NCBI GenBank assembly: GCA_963693365.1
Contig: CAVNZM010000017.1
Coordinates: forward strand, 124,001 to 188,000
Direction: 5' to 3'
Length of the DNA: 64,000 nt
From: Amoebidium appalachense
Lineage: Eukaryota; Protista; Ichthyosporea
How positions within the stretch are numbered: position 1 is the stretch's first letter; the number at the start of each line of letters is the position of its first letter. Shown in pieces: positions 1 to 12,131 of this stretch. Made by a program: the position numbers and the translations under genes. A model generated the notes under the pieces. The model searched no databases and had not been told where the DNA came from. It was given only the letters and a program-made list of their open reading frames with translations.

Positions 1-342
1 AAGCACATACGTGTTTGTCGCTGCACTGCATTAGTTTGCACACACATCTTCACCGCTTTGCTCACCTTGCTTGCATAAGCAACCCTGCTCGTCTTTGATC
101 AAGACGGGTTGACCCACCCAAGTTCAGTTGATGCTGCTGTCTAAGTTGGAGCGTCGTATATACGCGGGCTAAGGGGCCGAAACTCAGACGCAATTGATGA
201 CTTGGGCCCTCCCTGAGGATGGGCTCTGCTTATGATGCATACTGTGCGCATGGCTGATGCTGCATACTTGAATGTTTGCCTTTGCATGTGTCCTGCACCA
301 TGCTTCTCATCGTGTATGCGTACTTCGTGGTGTTCCGCATTC

Positions 343-379
<37 letters not shown>

Positions 380-438
380 CCTGCTCCTCCTCCGCCTCTA
401 CCACTTATGCACCCACGCACACACATCCACGTGCACAG

Positions 439-1094
439 TGGTTGAACCAGAGTTTCAACTGCATCGTCAACTACACCAACCGCAACGCAAGTGCCGGCAT
501 CACCAACGAGCAACTGGCACAGGCCTATGCGGCCGCATGCGGTGCGTCCGTTGTTACGGCCGTGGGGTTGAACAAGTTGGTCGCTAGGAGCCCTAAGCTG
601 GCTGGCGGCCTCGTTGGAAGGTGCGTGTGTGTGTGGGGGGGGGGGGGGGGGGGGGGGGGGGAGGGGGGAGGGTGGAGGGGGGTTGTTGTGCAAATGAGCA
701 AGGATGCATGTATGCAAAACACAATTGGGCTACGCGGTGCAACACGCGCATGCACTCACAACACACAAATAAAGGCACACGAATGCTCACTCACACACAC
801 ACACACGTACACACAAACACACACATGCATGCATGCATGTATGCATGCACACACACAGACAGGCACACAAACACTAAGACAGAGACACCCACATGCAAAC
901 ACATACGGGCGTGTGCACACACGCACACACGGGAATACAAGTTAAACTGTATTCCAAAACCGTATCCTCCTTACAGCACAAAGTGTCTCACCACTACCCC
1001 TTCCCCTCCCCGTCCCCCTCTCTCTTCATTTCCTTCCTCACTCGCTACACCATCAAATGTGTTTCTCACGCCTATGACACTCCCCCCCCCCCCC

Positions 1095-1125
<31 letters not shown>

Positions 1126-1703
1126 TTCCCTCGCTACATTTGCAATCCTCTACCCTATTGCACCATTATCGCATGTCACACCACTAAATTTCATTTCCGT
1201 CTCTCAGAGCCACATTATCAACGTAAATCCCACCTCCTAACTATCTCCTTAAAAACTATAGGCTGGTTCCCTTTGTAGCTGTAGCAGTAGCCAACTGCAT
1301 CAATGTATATTTCCCACCTATTCCATCATCATATATCCTACCGCTATCTCATTAATTCCATCCTCTATCCCCTTACCATCAACACATATCTTATCTTACG
1401 CCTATCTATCGGCTCCCCGCCCCCCTCCTTCCCTCCCCCCCTCCCCCTGCGTCCCCTGCTCTGCTTTTCAAACATAACCTTTGGTTTGCACATTCTAACC
1501 ACCCCCCCCCCCCCCCCCCCCTCCTAGCGGGCTCCTCCCCCCCTGCTCCCCCCCTTACAGACTGGTTTCCTTTTTAGCCGTTACACAACCCACCACGCCT
1601 TCAATGTATATTTCACCCTTTTCAACCTAAAATATCTCACCACTACCTCTGTGTTTCCATGTCTCATATTCACACCATCACCACCTACCTCACCTCCTAA
1701 CTA

Positions 1704-1736
<33 letters not shown>

Positions 1737-1930
1737 TATACAGGCTGGTTCCCTTTGTAGCTGTGGCCGCCGCCAACTGTGTCAACATTCCCCTCATGCG
1801 TCAGCGTGAGCTGGTGGGTGGTATCACGGTGAGCACAAAGGAGGGTGAGCCTGTGACGGATAGCAAGGAGGCTGCAAAGATGGCCGTGGCTCAGGTGTGT
1901 GGGTGTGGGTGTACATGGGTGTACATGGGG

Positions 1931-1961
<31 letters not shown>

Positions 1962-2654
1962 GGAGCGTATATGTGTGTGTGTGGTTGTTTGGGTGTCTGT
2001 CTGTGTCTGTGTCTGTGTGCGTGTGTGTTTTGTAGGTGTGTGTATGTTTGGGAAAGCGGAGGAAGGGGGGAGATTTTGTATGTGTGCCTGCTTCATATGT
2101 GAGCACAAAGGAGGGTGAGCCTGTCACGGATAGCAAGGAGGCTGCAAAGATGGCAGTGGCTCATGTGTGTGTGTGTGTACGTGTACGTGGGTGTGTGTGG
2201 GGGGGGGGGAGGGTTGTATGGGGGTGTGTGTGTGTACGTGTACGTATGTGTGTGTTGTTGGGGGAGGGGGGGGGGGGGGGGGGAGGGAAGGGAGGGCGTA
2301 CCTGTGACGGATAGCAAGGAGGCTGCAAAGATGAACCCGCCACACCTTTTTGGTGTGTGTCGGGGGGGGGGGGGGAGGGGGGGGGGGGGATTGTACATTG
2401 CATAGCATACATATGCACATTCATTTCGGGTTTGTGTTATTTCTGCGGTTCTTTTCCTTGTTTGTAGCTTTCAAACTGCATTGTGTGCCCGGCATGGAAT
2501 GTGCACTTCTTACTCTAGTAATGTATTCTTCTCCTGTTTCCACCCTTTTTGGTCACAATACACGAGACGCAAATAAACAAACCCTCACACTGCAACCACT
2601 AACCCTATTTCCTCCCCCCCCCCCCCCCCCCCCCCCCCTTCCCACCACCACCAC

Positions 2655-2705
<51 letters not shown>

Positions 2706-3390
2706 CCTTACCTTCCAGCCTCCACCCCCCCCCCCCCCTCCCTCCCTCCCTCGGTCCCCCCCCCCCCAACACACACACTCACACTCACCCACACGTACAC
2801 ACGTACACACGCACACAGGTGATTCCCTCGCGTATCCTCATGGCCACGCCAGGCATGGTGATCCCGCCCATTGTGATGAATAAGCTGTCCAAGGGTGTGC
2901 TGCTTCAGAAGGCCCCCTGGCTGGCTGCACCAATCACCGTGGGTCTTGCTGGCATCTGCCTCGTTTTCTCTACCCCCCTCTGCTGCGCTCTCTTCCCACA
3001 GGTGTGTATCCTCTCTTCCCCCCCCCCCCCCCCCCCCCCCCCAACACACGCACACACACACACACACCCTTCCCTCTGAAGAGCATGTTCCCTACACGTA
3101 TTTATCCCCAACTGTTACGCATATAACCACCCCCCCCCCCCCCCCCCCCCCCTCCCCCCGGCTCAGTATCTGAGTTGGGTTTCGTTGACGAGGTGAATGG
3201 GTCGAAACTCGGGTACTGTGGATGACGTAGGCCCTCCTTGAGGATGGGCTCTGCTTATTATGCATAATCTTTATGTATGGTCGCACGCTGCATCGTGTTA
3301 TTCGTTGTTCATGTGTACTTCGTACTTTATGACACATTCAAACCCCCGCCCCCCCCCCCCCCCCCCCCTCTCCCCCCGCCAACAGGTGTT

Positions 3391-3433
<43 letters not shown>

Positions 3434-3733
3434 GGAGAGCATCTCCCCCTAATGCATTTTTGCCCCCTTGGGATGCTTACCCCCTCCCCCCGCCCGGGCT
3501 CTTTTGCTGTCTTGTTTGTTGCAACCTCCCTTGGTGCGCCCCCTTCCCCCTAGTGTGCATGTCCCCCCTCCCTCCCTCCAGAGTCGAAACCCATGCTTTT
3601 GTGGAGGCATAGGAACCCCCCTGATGATGAGCTCTGTTCAAGTGTCTTCTGCCTGCACGCTTCTCATTTTTGTGACGTTTTTGCTTTTGCTCTTTGGCGT
3701 CTTCTCCATATTTCCAACTCTCTAAGGCATACA

Positions 3734-3780
<47 letters not shown>

Positions 3781-4156
3781 ACACACACACCCTCCCCCCC
3801 CCTCGTCCTTCCTTCCTTCTTTTATTCCATTCCTTTTTTTTTCTCTTTCACCCGTTTTCCCTTTTCCTTTCACTTTCTCTTTCTTTCTTTCTTTCTTTCT
3901 TTTCTTTCTTTCTTTCTCTCCTTCTTTCTTTCTTTCTTTCTTTCTTGCTCTCCTTCTTTTTCTCCTTCTTTCTTTCTTTCTTTCTTTGTCTCTTTCTTTA
4001 TCTCTTTCTTTCTTTCTTTCTTTCTTTTTTCCCCTACAGAAGAGCTCCATCCCCGTGTCCAAGATGGAGCCTGAGGCACAGGAGAAGGTGTCTGAGTTTG
4101 TGAAGAGGACGAAGGAGGCTTGGCCTGAGGTGCTCTACTACAACAAGGGCTTGTAA
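439..4156 (+). CDS. SFXN: Host sideroflexin (mitochondrial tricarboxylate/serine carrier family), last four exons: 439-620, 1744-1894, 2819-3001, 4040-4156
   Basis: GT-AG introns with consistent phases join [16 protein letters not shown] / [24 protein letters not shown] / [13 protein letters not shown]...[10 protein letters not shown] / ...YYNKGL*. These are hallmark sideroflexin motifs. The 5' exons lie outside the window. Confidence 0.93.
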
Positions 4157-4193
4157 TGGGTTAATGTAATGCACGTGTATGTGTGTGCTTGTA

Positions 4194-4282
4194 TGTTGGA
4201 ATACGTCACCATGTATGACAGCAAGAGCCTTGAAGTATGTATGTGTCTTAGCTTGTTTGTATTCGTGTCTGCTTTCCTTCTT

Positions 4283-4335
<53 letters not shown>

Positions 4336-5049
4336 TGTTTCTGTGGGCACAGATATCTGTAGATCTGTGCACACCTGGCTCTCTTGCCTGATAAGAACTT
4401 ATTGTGTTTTATTTCTGTTTGCTCTCCTCTGTTTATCTGAGAGGTAGCGTGATTGGCTAGCCTCACTCGTTGTCTTTCCTTTATTTCAAAATGGCCTAGT
4501 TTTGTTCTCAAAAAGGATGGCTCGCCAATAGTCGCGAGCGAGTACATCTGTAGATTGTGTTGTGCATTCCTGTCTGTTAATATATGTGTGTTGTGATTGG
4601 ACAATAGATATATATGGAATTCGGTTTATTGCAAAGTGTCTTCACTTTGAGAGTGTCGACTATTAGGAAATATATGTATTTAAATAGGTTTCTTTATAGA
4701 GACGAACATAAATATATATGTGAGTTAATAGTGACTAGATGTATAATTACTTAATTTATTTAAGTAAGAGTTTCTACACTTTAGTTTAATCGGAAGTTGG
4801 AATGCGTATGCTCTGTCGGAATGTGTTTTTCTATCTTCTGATAGAACCGATTGGTTCTCCCTCTTTAGTTGTGATAAGGTGATAAGTCGCAAGTACAAAA
4901 GGAACCGAGAGCACAATAAAGAATCAGTTGTTGTTTGAATCTTTCAATGTCTCGTGAACAACTCCGATTGCCCTCTCATTAATGTGTTAGTCGTGTTTTA
5001 CATGACACCTCTGTGCACTCTGCTCCCTTAGACCCGTACAAAAACAACA
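4194..5049 (+). repeat. Copia A 5' LTR (856 bp)
   Basis: TGTTGGAATACG...AAACAACA; near-identical to 41445-42333. Confidence 0.93.
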
Positions 5050-5167
5050 GGTTAAAGGCCCATTTTCGCATGCTCTCGCAACACATACTCTCGCTGCAAT
5101 CAAAAATATTCAAATTTGAATACCGATCTGATTCCTCTCTCACGCATCATCTGACTGATTGATCACC

Positions 5168-5399
5168 ATGTCGGAGAAACCTGCGTATCTCAACCTCACC
5201 CCCTGGAAAGGGGATGACACCACGGACAAGAAGTCCGGCAAACGTCTCACTTATTATGAGTGGGAACCCGTCATCTTCCGGTACCTACGTACTACCACCG
5301 CGGCCAAGTTAGTGCCCGTCATCAAGGCCCCCGAGTGGGTCGACCCTTCCGACGAGAACGAGTGGCACGGCTATGACACTGAGGAGGCCTACACCGAGG
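5168..5399 (+). pseudogene. gag: Copia A gag, N-terminal fragment
   Basis: MSEKPAYLNLTPWKG...YYEWEPV resembles the Copia B gag start (ITMWKG...YFQWEII). It resumes in frame at 36518 once the virus and one TSD copy are removed (AYTE-ASNFLEQ). Confidence 0.85.
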
Positions 5400-5859
5400 A
5401 CTACATTAAGGGGCGCGGCACCCCACGTTAGTGACGTCACAAAGTGTGACGTCACTAACGCAGGGTGGCGCACCCCTTAGGATATGGCAGATATGCATAT
5501 GGGATATGGCGATATGCAGTATGATATGGGTGTATATTGTGATTAGGATATGGATATGGGTATGGATATGTACAGGAGCACGTGCACACACTGTGTGTGT
5601 GTGCATAAACACGTGCAGAGCACGTGGATTTAATTAAAATATTAAAGGGAAAACGTGTCATGTGTGCGCGTGCACGCACGCGCACATGCGACACGTACAC
5701 AGTTCTGAGATCAAAGGAATGCGACGGTGTGCACAAGGCGGCCAATGAGAATTCGAATTCCGAATTCCTTGTACAAGGCGGCCAATAGTAATGCGGATGC
5801 ACAAGGCGGCCAATGATAATTCGGTTCCAAAAAGCCAGTTGCCGCACAAGGCGGCCAAT
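5400..5859 (+). repeat. Left terminal inverted repeat (~460 bp)
   Basis: ACTACATTAAGGGGCGCGGC... is the reverse complement of 36054-36512 with about three differences. Confidence 0.95.
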
Positions 5860-6069
5860 GAACATTAAGATAGCACATTCCATTTCCAAGGCGGCCAATG
5901 AGCGCCCGGATCGGTCAACCTGGGTTTCCTATTGGCCGCCTTGTGTAAACAATGGTGGCGCACTTACGCACGCACAGGATCATTATTTTGCGTTCTGTTT
6001 ATTGATGTTTTTGCTGCCGGCGCTGCCTGGCAATTACATTGTGGCTAAGATCTAAGATTACTGTTCAGG

Positions 6070-9000
6070 ATGTTAGACGACAGCCAGGAAGGTTTCATAG
6101 AGGACCTGCTGCGGGCACTGGATGCCGACCCGCAGCAGGCCCTGCAAGCCAACCCGTTTCTGCAGGCCCTGCAGGGCCCACCACCCCCACCCCCACCCCT
6201 CCCCGGCCTCCCCCCTGCCCCCGCCCCCATCAACCACCCAGATGACCCCCAGATCATTGCCATGCCTGCCGAGGGCAACTGGCAGCTGCGTTCACGGGTG
6301 GATGACATGCAGGCAAGGGGGTTGGGCGTACGCGGCCACACCCTCGAGTACCAACCCCTGCGCACCATGGACGTCCCCGAGTTCCCCCAGTTCTTTGCAG
6401 CTATGCTGTTTGATGCCATCGCCCGTGCAGATGTGCAGGTGGGGGACATGATCATCGTACGCATCATCAGCTTGCACGTGCAGGCCAATGGTGTGGACAA
6501 CCAGGTGGGGGATGACGGCAACCCCAACGCCGATGTCACCAACCGTCGTGTGTTTACGGCAGGCCCCATGGACGTGTTCAACGGTGATGTGAATGCCGTG
6601 GTGCTCAAGCTGATGGAGAACATACGCCAACGCACCCAGAGTGCAGCCGAGACCTTTATGGACGGGCGATCCAGTGTGCATCTGACCGTGGTCCGGCCCA
6701 AGGACATGGTGAGGAAGGGTGCCTGCGGGTCCCTGTCCACCCTCACAGGGGTGACAGCCCAGTGGCTGCGGGAGCTGGTGGAGGCCAAGGCCGTGGTGGA
6801 TGTGACCACCCTGGTGAAGGCAGCCTGCAGCAGCAACGACCCGCAGGTGACAGGGGAGAAGGAGCTTGACCACCATCAGCTGCTTGAGATTGCCGACGGC
6901 CCCTCCTGTGCCCAGCTGTGCCTGGTGTACTGTATGGCAATGTGGGTCAGCAAGGCAGCCAACAGCAACGAGAACGGCAGCCTGCCCTCCGAGCACACTC
7001 GTAAGAACCTGGGCAATGGGGGTGACCTCATGAAGCTCAAGGACCACCACGTGCTGTGCCAACTACTGGACCCTATGGATGTGATTGGTATTGGCAACAA
7101 GGCTCTGGGTAGGTCTGTGTCTTCCGGCTGTGGGGTGTGCAACCTGCTGCAGCCACCCATCAACCCAAGGAGCAACTTCCAGGACCGTTACCTGCGCAGG
7201 CTGGCAAGGGCCACCCGCGGCTGTGGGCCAAGTACAAGCTGCCTGTGCCTGCAGAGGACGGGCTGACGGTGGATCAGTTGGGTGCAGCCGTGGATGCCCT
7301 CAACATGCAGATTGCCAGTGAGACCCAGTCAGTCACCCGTCTACGGCTGGTGGTGGTGGACCTGGACAGCAAGGGTAGGGTGGCAAGAAGGTACGGGGAC
7401 GTGAGCTCGGCCCTTCCCCCCGGCAAGCTGTGCACCATGTACCTTGGCCACTCCCAGAAGCTGGGCCACTTCACGGCCATCCCCTCCAATGTCAGCAACA
7501 CCATCGAGCGCCTGCGCAACGGCAACCACACGGGGGCCGTACGTCGGAGCCTCAGCACCTGCTTCCACTGCAACCAGACCGTGCAATCCAAGAACATGGG
7601 GGTGCACCGTTGTGTGAACCGGTGTGGGAACTGTGGATCAAAGGGGAACCACATCGACCAGGCAGATGCCTGTGTGTGGACCCCCGGGCGCCGTGTGGAG
7701 CTAGCACGGGTGGGGGAGGATGCATGGCCTTACCGTTGTGACGACTGCTGTGGCCTCTTCCCTTCGGCCAGGTGCATGGCCAACCACAGCACCAAGCTCA
7801 AGGGGGCCGGGGCCAGGGCCGACGGCCGGCAACAATCCTTCTGTGACACCGTGTTCTGGTGCCGGCTGGCCACGTGCACCCACGGCCTGCAGGGGTACAG
7901 GATGATTGGCAGTGGAGATGATGCCCTCAGGGTGTGTGTGTCGGGCAATCCTGCCGGCCGGTTCTTCTACAAGTTCAAGTACGCCAGCGTGCGCCGTCTA
8001 CGCCGGCTGCACACTGCCCAGGAGCAAGGGGGGTACGATGCAGGGGCAGATGCAGGCCCCAACGACGAGGGGGAGGACTGGGACTATGCCACGGACACGG
8101 AGGGGGAGGACTCCGACACAGGCACAGACCCCCCACCCTGCCTTGTCGAGTCGTCAGACGACGAGGGTGAGAGTGATGACGAGGATGATGCCGTCGACCT
8201 CATGCAGATGTCTGAGGGGGAGGGGGAGGGGGGTGAGGGGGGTGAGCACGGGGCCAAGAAGGACGACACGTGGACACAACACCTGTGCACCGACTACGCC
8301 TGCAAGGGCTGTGGGGGCTATATGCCCGGCAACCACACGTGCCTCATACGTAGCAAGCTCAGTGGCCAACGGCGTGTGTATATGTGCACACACACGGATG
8401 CAGACGGTGCGGTGTGTGACAGGGTGGCATGCTTCTCCAACGAGCAGGGGGAGGGGGAGGAGGGGGGAGAGTCACCTGCACGGCAGAGGGTCAGGGTGGA
8501 TGCTGCCGGCAGCAGGGTGGGTGCACACGTGTGCAAACGGCACGTGCCCGACAATGACGGCAGCGGACCCGGGGGTGTGTGGAAGCAGACCAGGCAGCCC
8601 ATCAGGGACATTGTGCTGGACTTTGAGACCATGCCGGTGCCAGCCCCCGACCACACACCCGACAACCCCCACTTCATCCACATTGTGTACCTTGCTGTGG
8701 CCATGTACGTCGAGCCGTCAGATGGCCAACCGACTGGCCCCATCATCTTCTGGCCGGAGCCCTCGGCCGACGGCAAGGACGCCTGGGACGTGTTGATGGA
8801 CGACAACCACCACGTGATTGACAAGGTGGTCAAGTGGCTGTTTGACACCCCTGCCCACGCCGGTGGCCGGGTGTTTTGCCACAACGGCAGTGGCTTCGAC
8901 TTCCACTTTGTGACCAAGAGGGTGGTGGGCAGCCAGGACTATGTGTACGTGCCCATCATGACCAACAGCAAGATCAAGTCCTGCCGTATACGTCACTACC

Positions 9001-11623
9001 TCAAGGGTGCCGGTGCAGCAGACCCCGAGCCCATACCCATGCCGGTGGATGGTGATGGCCATGGTGATGTGCAGCAGCAGGCAGCAGCAGCAGCAGCAGC
9101 AGCAGCAGGCACCGGCCACAAGAGACGGCACGGGGGGGAGAGGGGGGCGGTAGCCGTACCACGGTGGTGGAGCTGACGTTCGTGGACACCCTCAACTTCC
9201 TCACCATGTCCCTGTCAGATGCGGGCAAGGCCATGGGGTGTGAGGAGACCAAGGGCCACTTCCCCCACCATGCAGCCACCTTTGCCAACTTCAAGGCCGG
9301 CACCATTCCCTTCCCCGGGCCCGAGGACTTTGGTGCCCAGGACATGAAGCCCAGACAGCATGCTGCCTTCATGCAGTGGTGGCACGAGGAGCAGGCACGT
9401 CTGCTTGAGGGGGCCCCGGCAGCCACGTGCTACGACATTGTGCAGCAGTGTGAGGACTACTGTGTCAAGGACGTGGTGCTGCTGCAGCAGGTGGTCAAGG
9501 CCTTCATGTCCAAACTCATTGAGCTGACGGGCATCGACCCCTTCACGTGTGTGACCCTTCCAGCACTGGCCATGCACTTCTGGATCTCACAGGCCATGCC
9601 CAAGGACGTGGCTGTGCTTCGAGACCAGACCATGGGCAACGTCAACAGCAGCAAGAAGGAGCAGGAGTACATCGACTACGTCACCCACGGGCTGGGGGTG
9701 GGGCCCGACGACATTGCACGGCACGAGGCCACCGGGTACGGCCCCCACGGGCGGGCCACGGCCGATGCCAAGGCCACCCACGACGACGGCACGTGCACCT
9801 ACTACTTCTTCCACGGGTGTGTGTTCCACGGGTGCCCCGAATGCAATATGCACGAGGATCTGACGATGAGGGTGGTGAAGAGGTCGGCCAAGGAGGCCTA
9901 CGACAGCACCATGGGCCACGAGAGGTACATCCGTGCCCAGGGGCACAAGGTGCAGAGCATGTGGGAGTGCAGGTGGGACAGGCTTCGGCAGAGCCCGGAG
10001 GTGAAGGCAGCACTTGCAGCACAGGCAGCACGGAGGGAGGGCACGGGCAGGGTGGCCCCCGTGCCCACGGGCCCGGTGCAGTTCCGTGATGCCTTCTTTG
10101 GTGGCCGTACGGAGGTCATCACTCGTCACATCGAGGTCAAGGAGGAGGACTGGCCACAGGCAGGGCTCAAGTACGTCGATGTCACGTCCCTCTACCCGTA
10201 CGTGATGATTGACAAGTACATGCCGGTGGGCAAGTCACAGTGGTTCACGTCACTGCCCATCAAGCCGGAGGACCACCCCTCGGTCATCGTCACGGACCCC
10301 CAGGTGCTCAAGGAGAGGCTCGACAAGACGTGCCGTATGACCCCCGGCTCCCCCAAGGCCAGGACCAAGGGGTACTTTGGTGTTGCACGTGTGAGGGTGC
10401 TCCCCCCCAAGGACCTGTTCATCCCCGTGCTGCCTGTGCGTATGACGGGTGCCCAGGGGTACGACAAGCTGGGCTTTGTGCTGTGCAGGGCCTGCAGCAG
10501 CAAGGAGGAGGCCCAGGCCACCTGCATGGACGAGGAGGGCAACCCCCGGGTGCGTGAGCATGTGCAATGCACACACACGGACGAGGAGAGGGCACTGGTC
10601 GGCACGTGGACGACGGAGGAGCTGAAGGTGGCCGTGCGTGATGGGTACACCATCCTCGATGTGTACGATGTGGTGCATTTCAAGAAACGCACCAAGAACC
10701 TGTTTCGGAAGTACGTGCAGACCTTCCTGAAGGGAAGCTCACCAGCACCACCGTGGATCCGCCGACAACCCGCCCTCGTGCACCTGTTCAAGGAGCACTA
10801 CGGCATCACGGTGACGGCCGACGAGTTCAGCCCCAACCCTGCCCTTCGTACCATCAGCAAGCTGTTTTTGAACAGCCTCTGGGGCAAGCTGGTGCAGAGG
10901 GCAGGGCTCGACACCATCGAGTTTGTCGACGATGTCGATCGGCTGAGTCTGCTGGTGACCAACCCCAACATCTTGGTGCTGGACGTCGAGCCCATCGGCG
11001 AGCAGAGGGTGGCCATCAAGTACAGGCCCAAGAAGGAGACGGCCCCACCCCCCTCCTACGCGAACATCGCCATCGGCACGTTCGTGACGGCCCATGCACG
11101 GCTGCACCTCTATGGTGCCCTCCGGTCCCTCTCCCCCCAGCAGGTGGTGTACATGGACACGGACTCCATCGTCTACCACTACGACAGCAGGGTGCCCCAC
11201 CTCAGCCACAACATCGACTCCACCAACGGGGACTTGCTGGGCAACTGGAAGAACGAGACCACCGCCCCCATCGTCGAGTTTGTTGGAGTGGCCCCCAAGA
11301 CCTATGCCTACCGCACCCAGGACGGCAAGACCGACGTCAAGGTCAAGGGCATCACCCTCTCCCGTCGTGCAGCCGACATGGTGAACCTCCCCAGCCTCCG
11401 TATGCTGGTGCACGGGGAGATGCCGAGTGTGAGTGTCACCAACCACCGGCTGCTGCGCGAGCCCGTGCCCGGGGTGCCCCACAACTACCACCTGGCCAGC
11501 AAGGACCAGAGGAAGACACAGTCGGGGGCCTTCGACAAGAGGGGGGTGTTTGAGGCAGCCGACGGCAGTGTACGCAGCTACCCCATTGGGTGGGCAGCAC
11601 CGGAGGGGACTCTGCAGTTTTGA
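6070..11623 (+). CDS. polB: Protein-primed family B DNA polymerase (~1850 aa) in three ORF pieces (frameshifts near 7215 and 9140), with a long N-terminal extension
   Basis: ExoI IVLDFET, ExoII HNGSGFDFHF, ExoIII YCVKDV, FFGGRTE, motif A DVTSLYP, motif B KLFLNSLWGK, motif C YMDTDS, and KTY / VKGI. It also has the Polinton-type FHGC..HGC..C / MWEC insertion and N-terminal Cys/His zinc-finger clusters. Confidence 0.95.
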
Positions 11624-12131
11624 GTGGGGGAGGGGGAGGGGGAGGGAGGGGGAGGGAAGGGGAAGGGTTAGTTAGCATTTTAAGTTAAAGTATGCAATTT
11701 TTATATCAAAGTTAAATCAAAGTATCAAAGTATGCAGGGAATACGTTAGGGTAGACATGAAAATTATATGGGGTGTCTGTTAACTTAGCTTCAGAAAAAA
11801 GGAAAAATGGGGTGCAGTGTGCATGGGAAAGGGGGTCAGAAGAAAAACTTAAAGAAATTAAAGACGGTGTTTTTGGGCATACACCACGTGCACCGTATGC
11901 ATGAGGGGAAGCAGCAAATAAAATCAGAGTTTAATGCAAAACACAAACCCTTCCAATGTGGGCTTGGGCAGAAGCATGAACACCAACAACAGCACCATAC
12001 ATGCATACAAGGGGGGGAGACTTGCCAAAAAGAGCAGGCACCAGCACATATAAAAGGCACACACATGTGCAAAGATACCTCACTTTTTCCAACACGAAAA
12101 CAGGCAACACACGAAAAAATCAAAATTAAAA

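Noticed and set aside
5730-5900. CAAGGCGGCCAAT repeats with variable spacers as a CRISPR-like array
   Set aside because: The repeat is only 13 bp, spacing is irregular, one copy is inverted and there are no cas genes. It fits a transcription-factor site cluster better.
7200-9176. Programmed frameshifting or introns in polB
   Set aside because: One break is in a G-run and similar breaks occur in most long ORFs in the window. Sequencing error or decay is simpler, and no slippery heptamer or convincing splice pair was seen.
6045-11553. Long antisense and alternate-frame ORFs over polB (and similarly over MCP, the fibres and Copia pol)
   Set aside because: Shadow ORFs caused by high GC3 codon bias; the motif-bearing frame is unambiguous.
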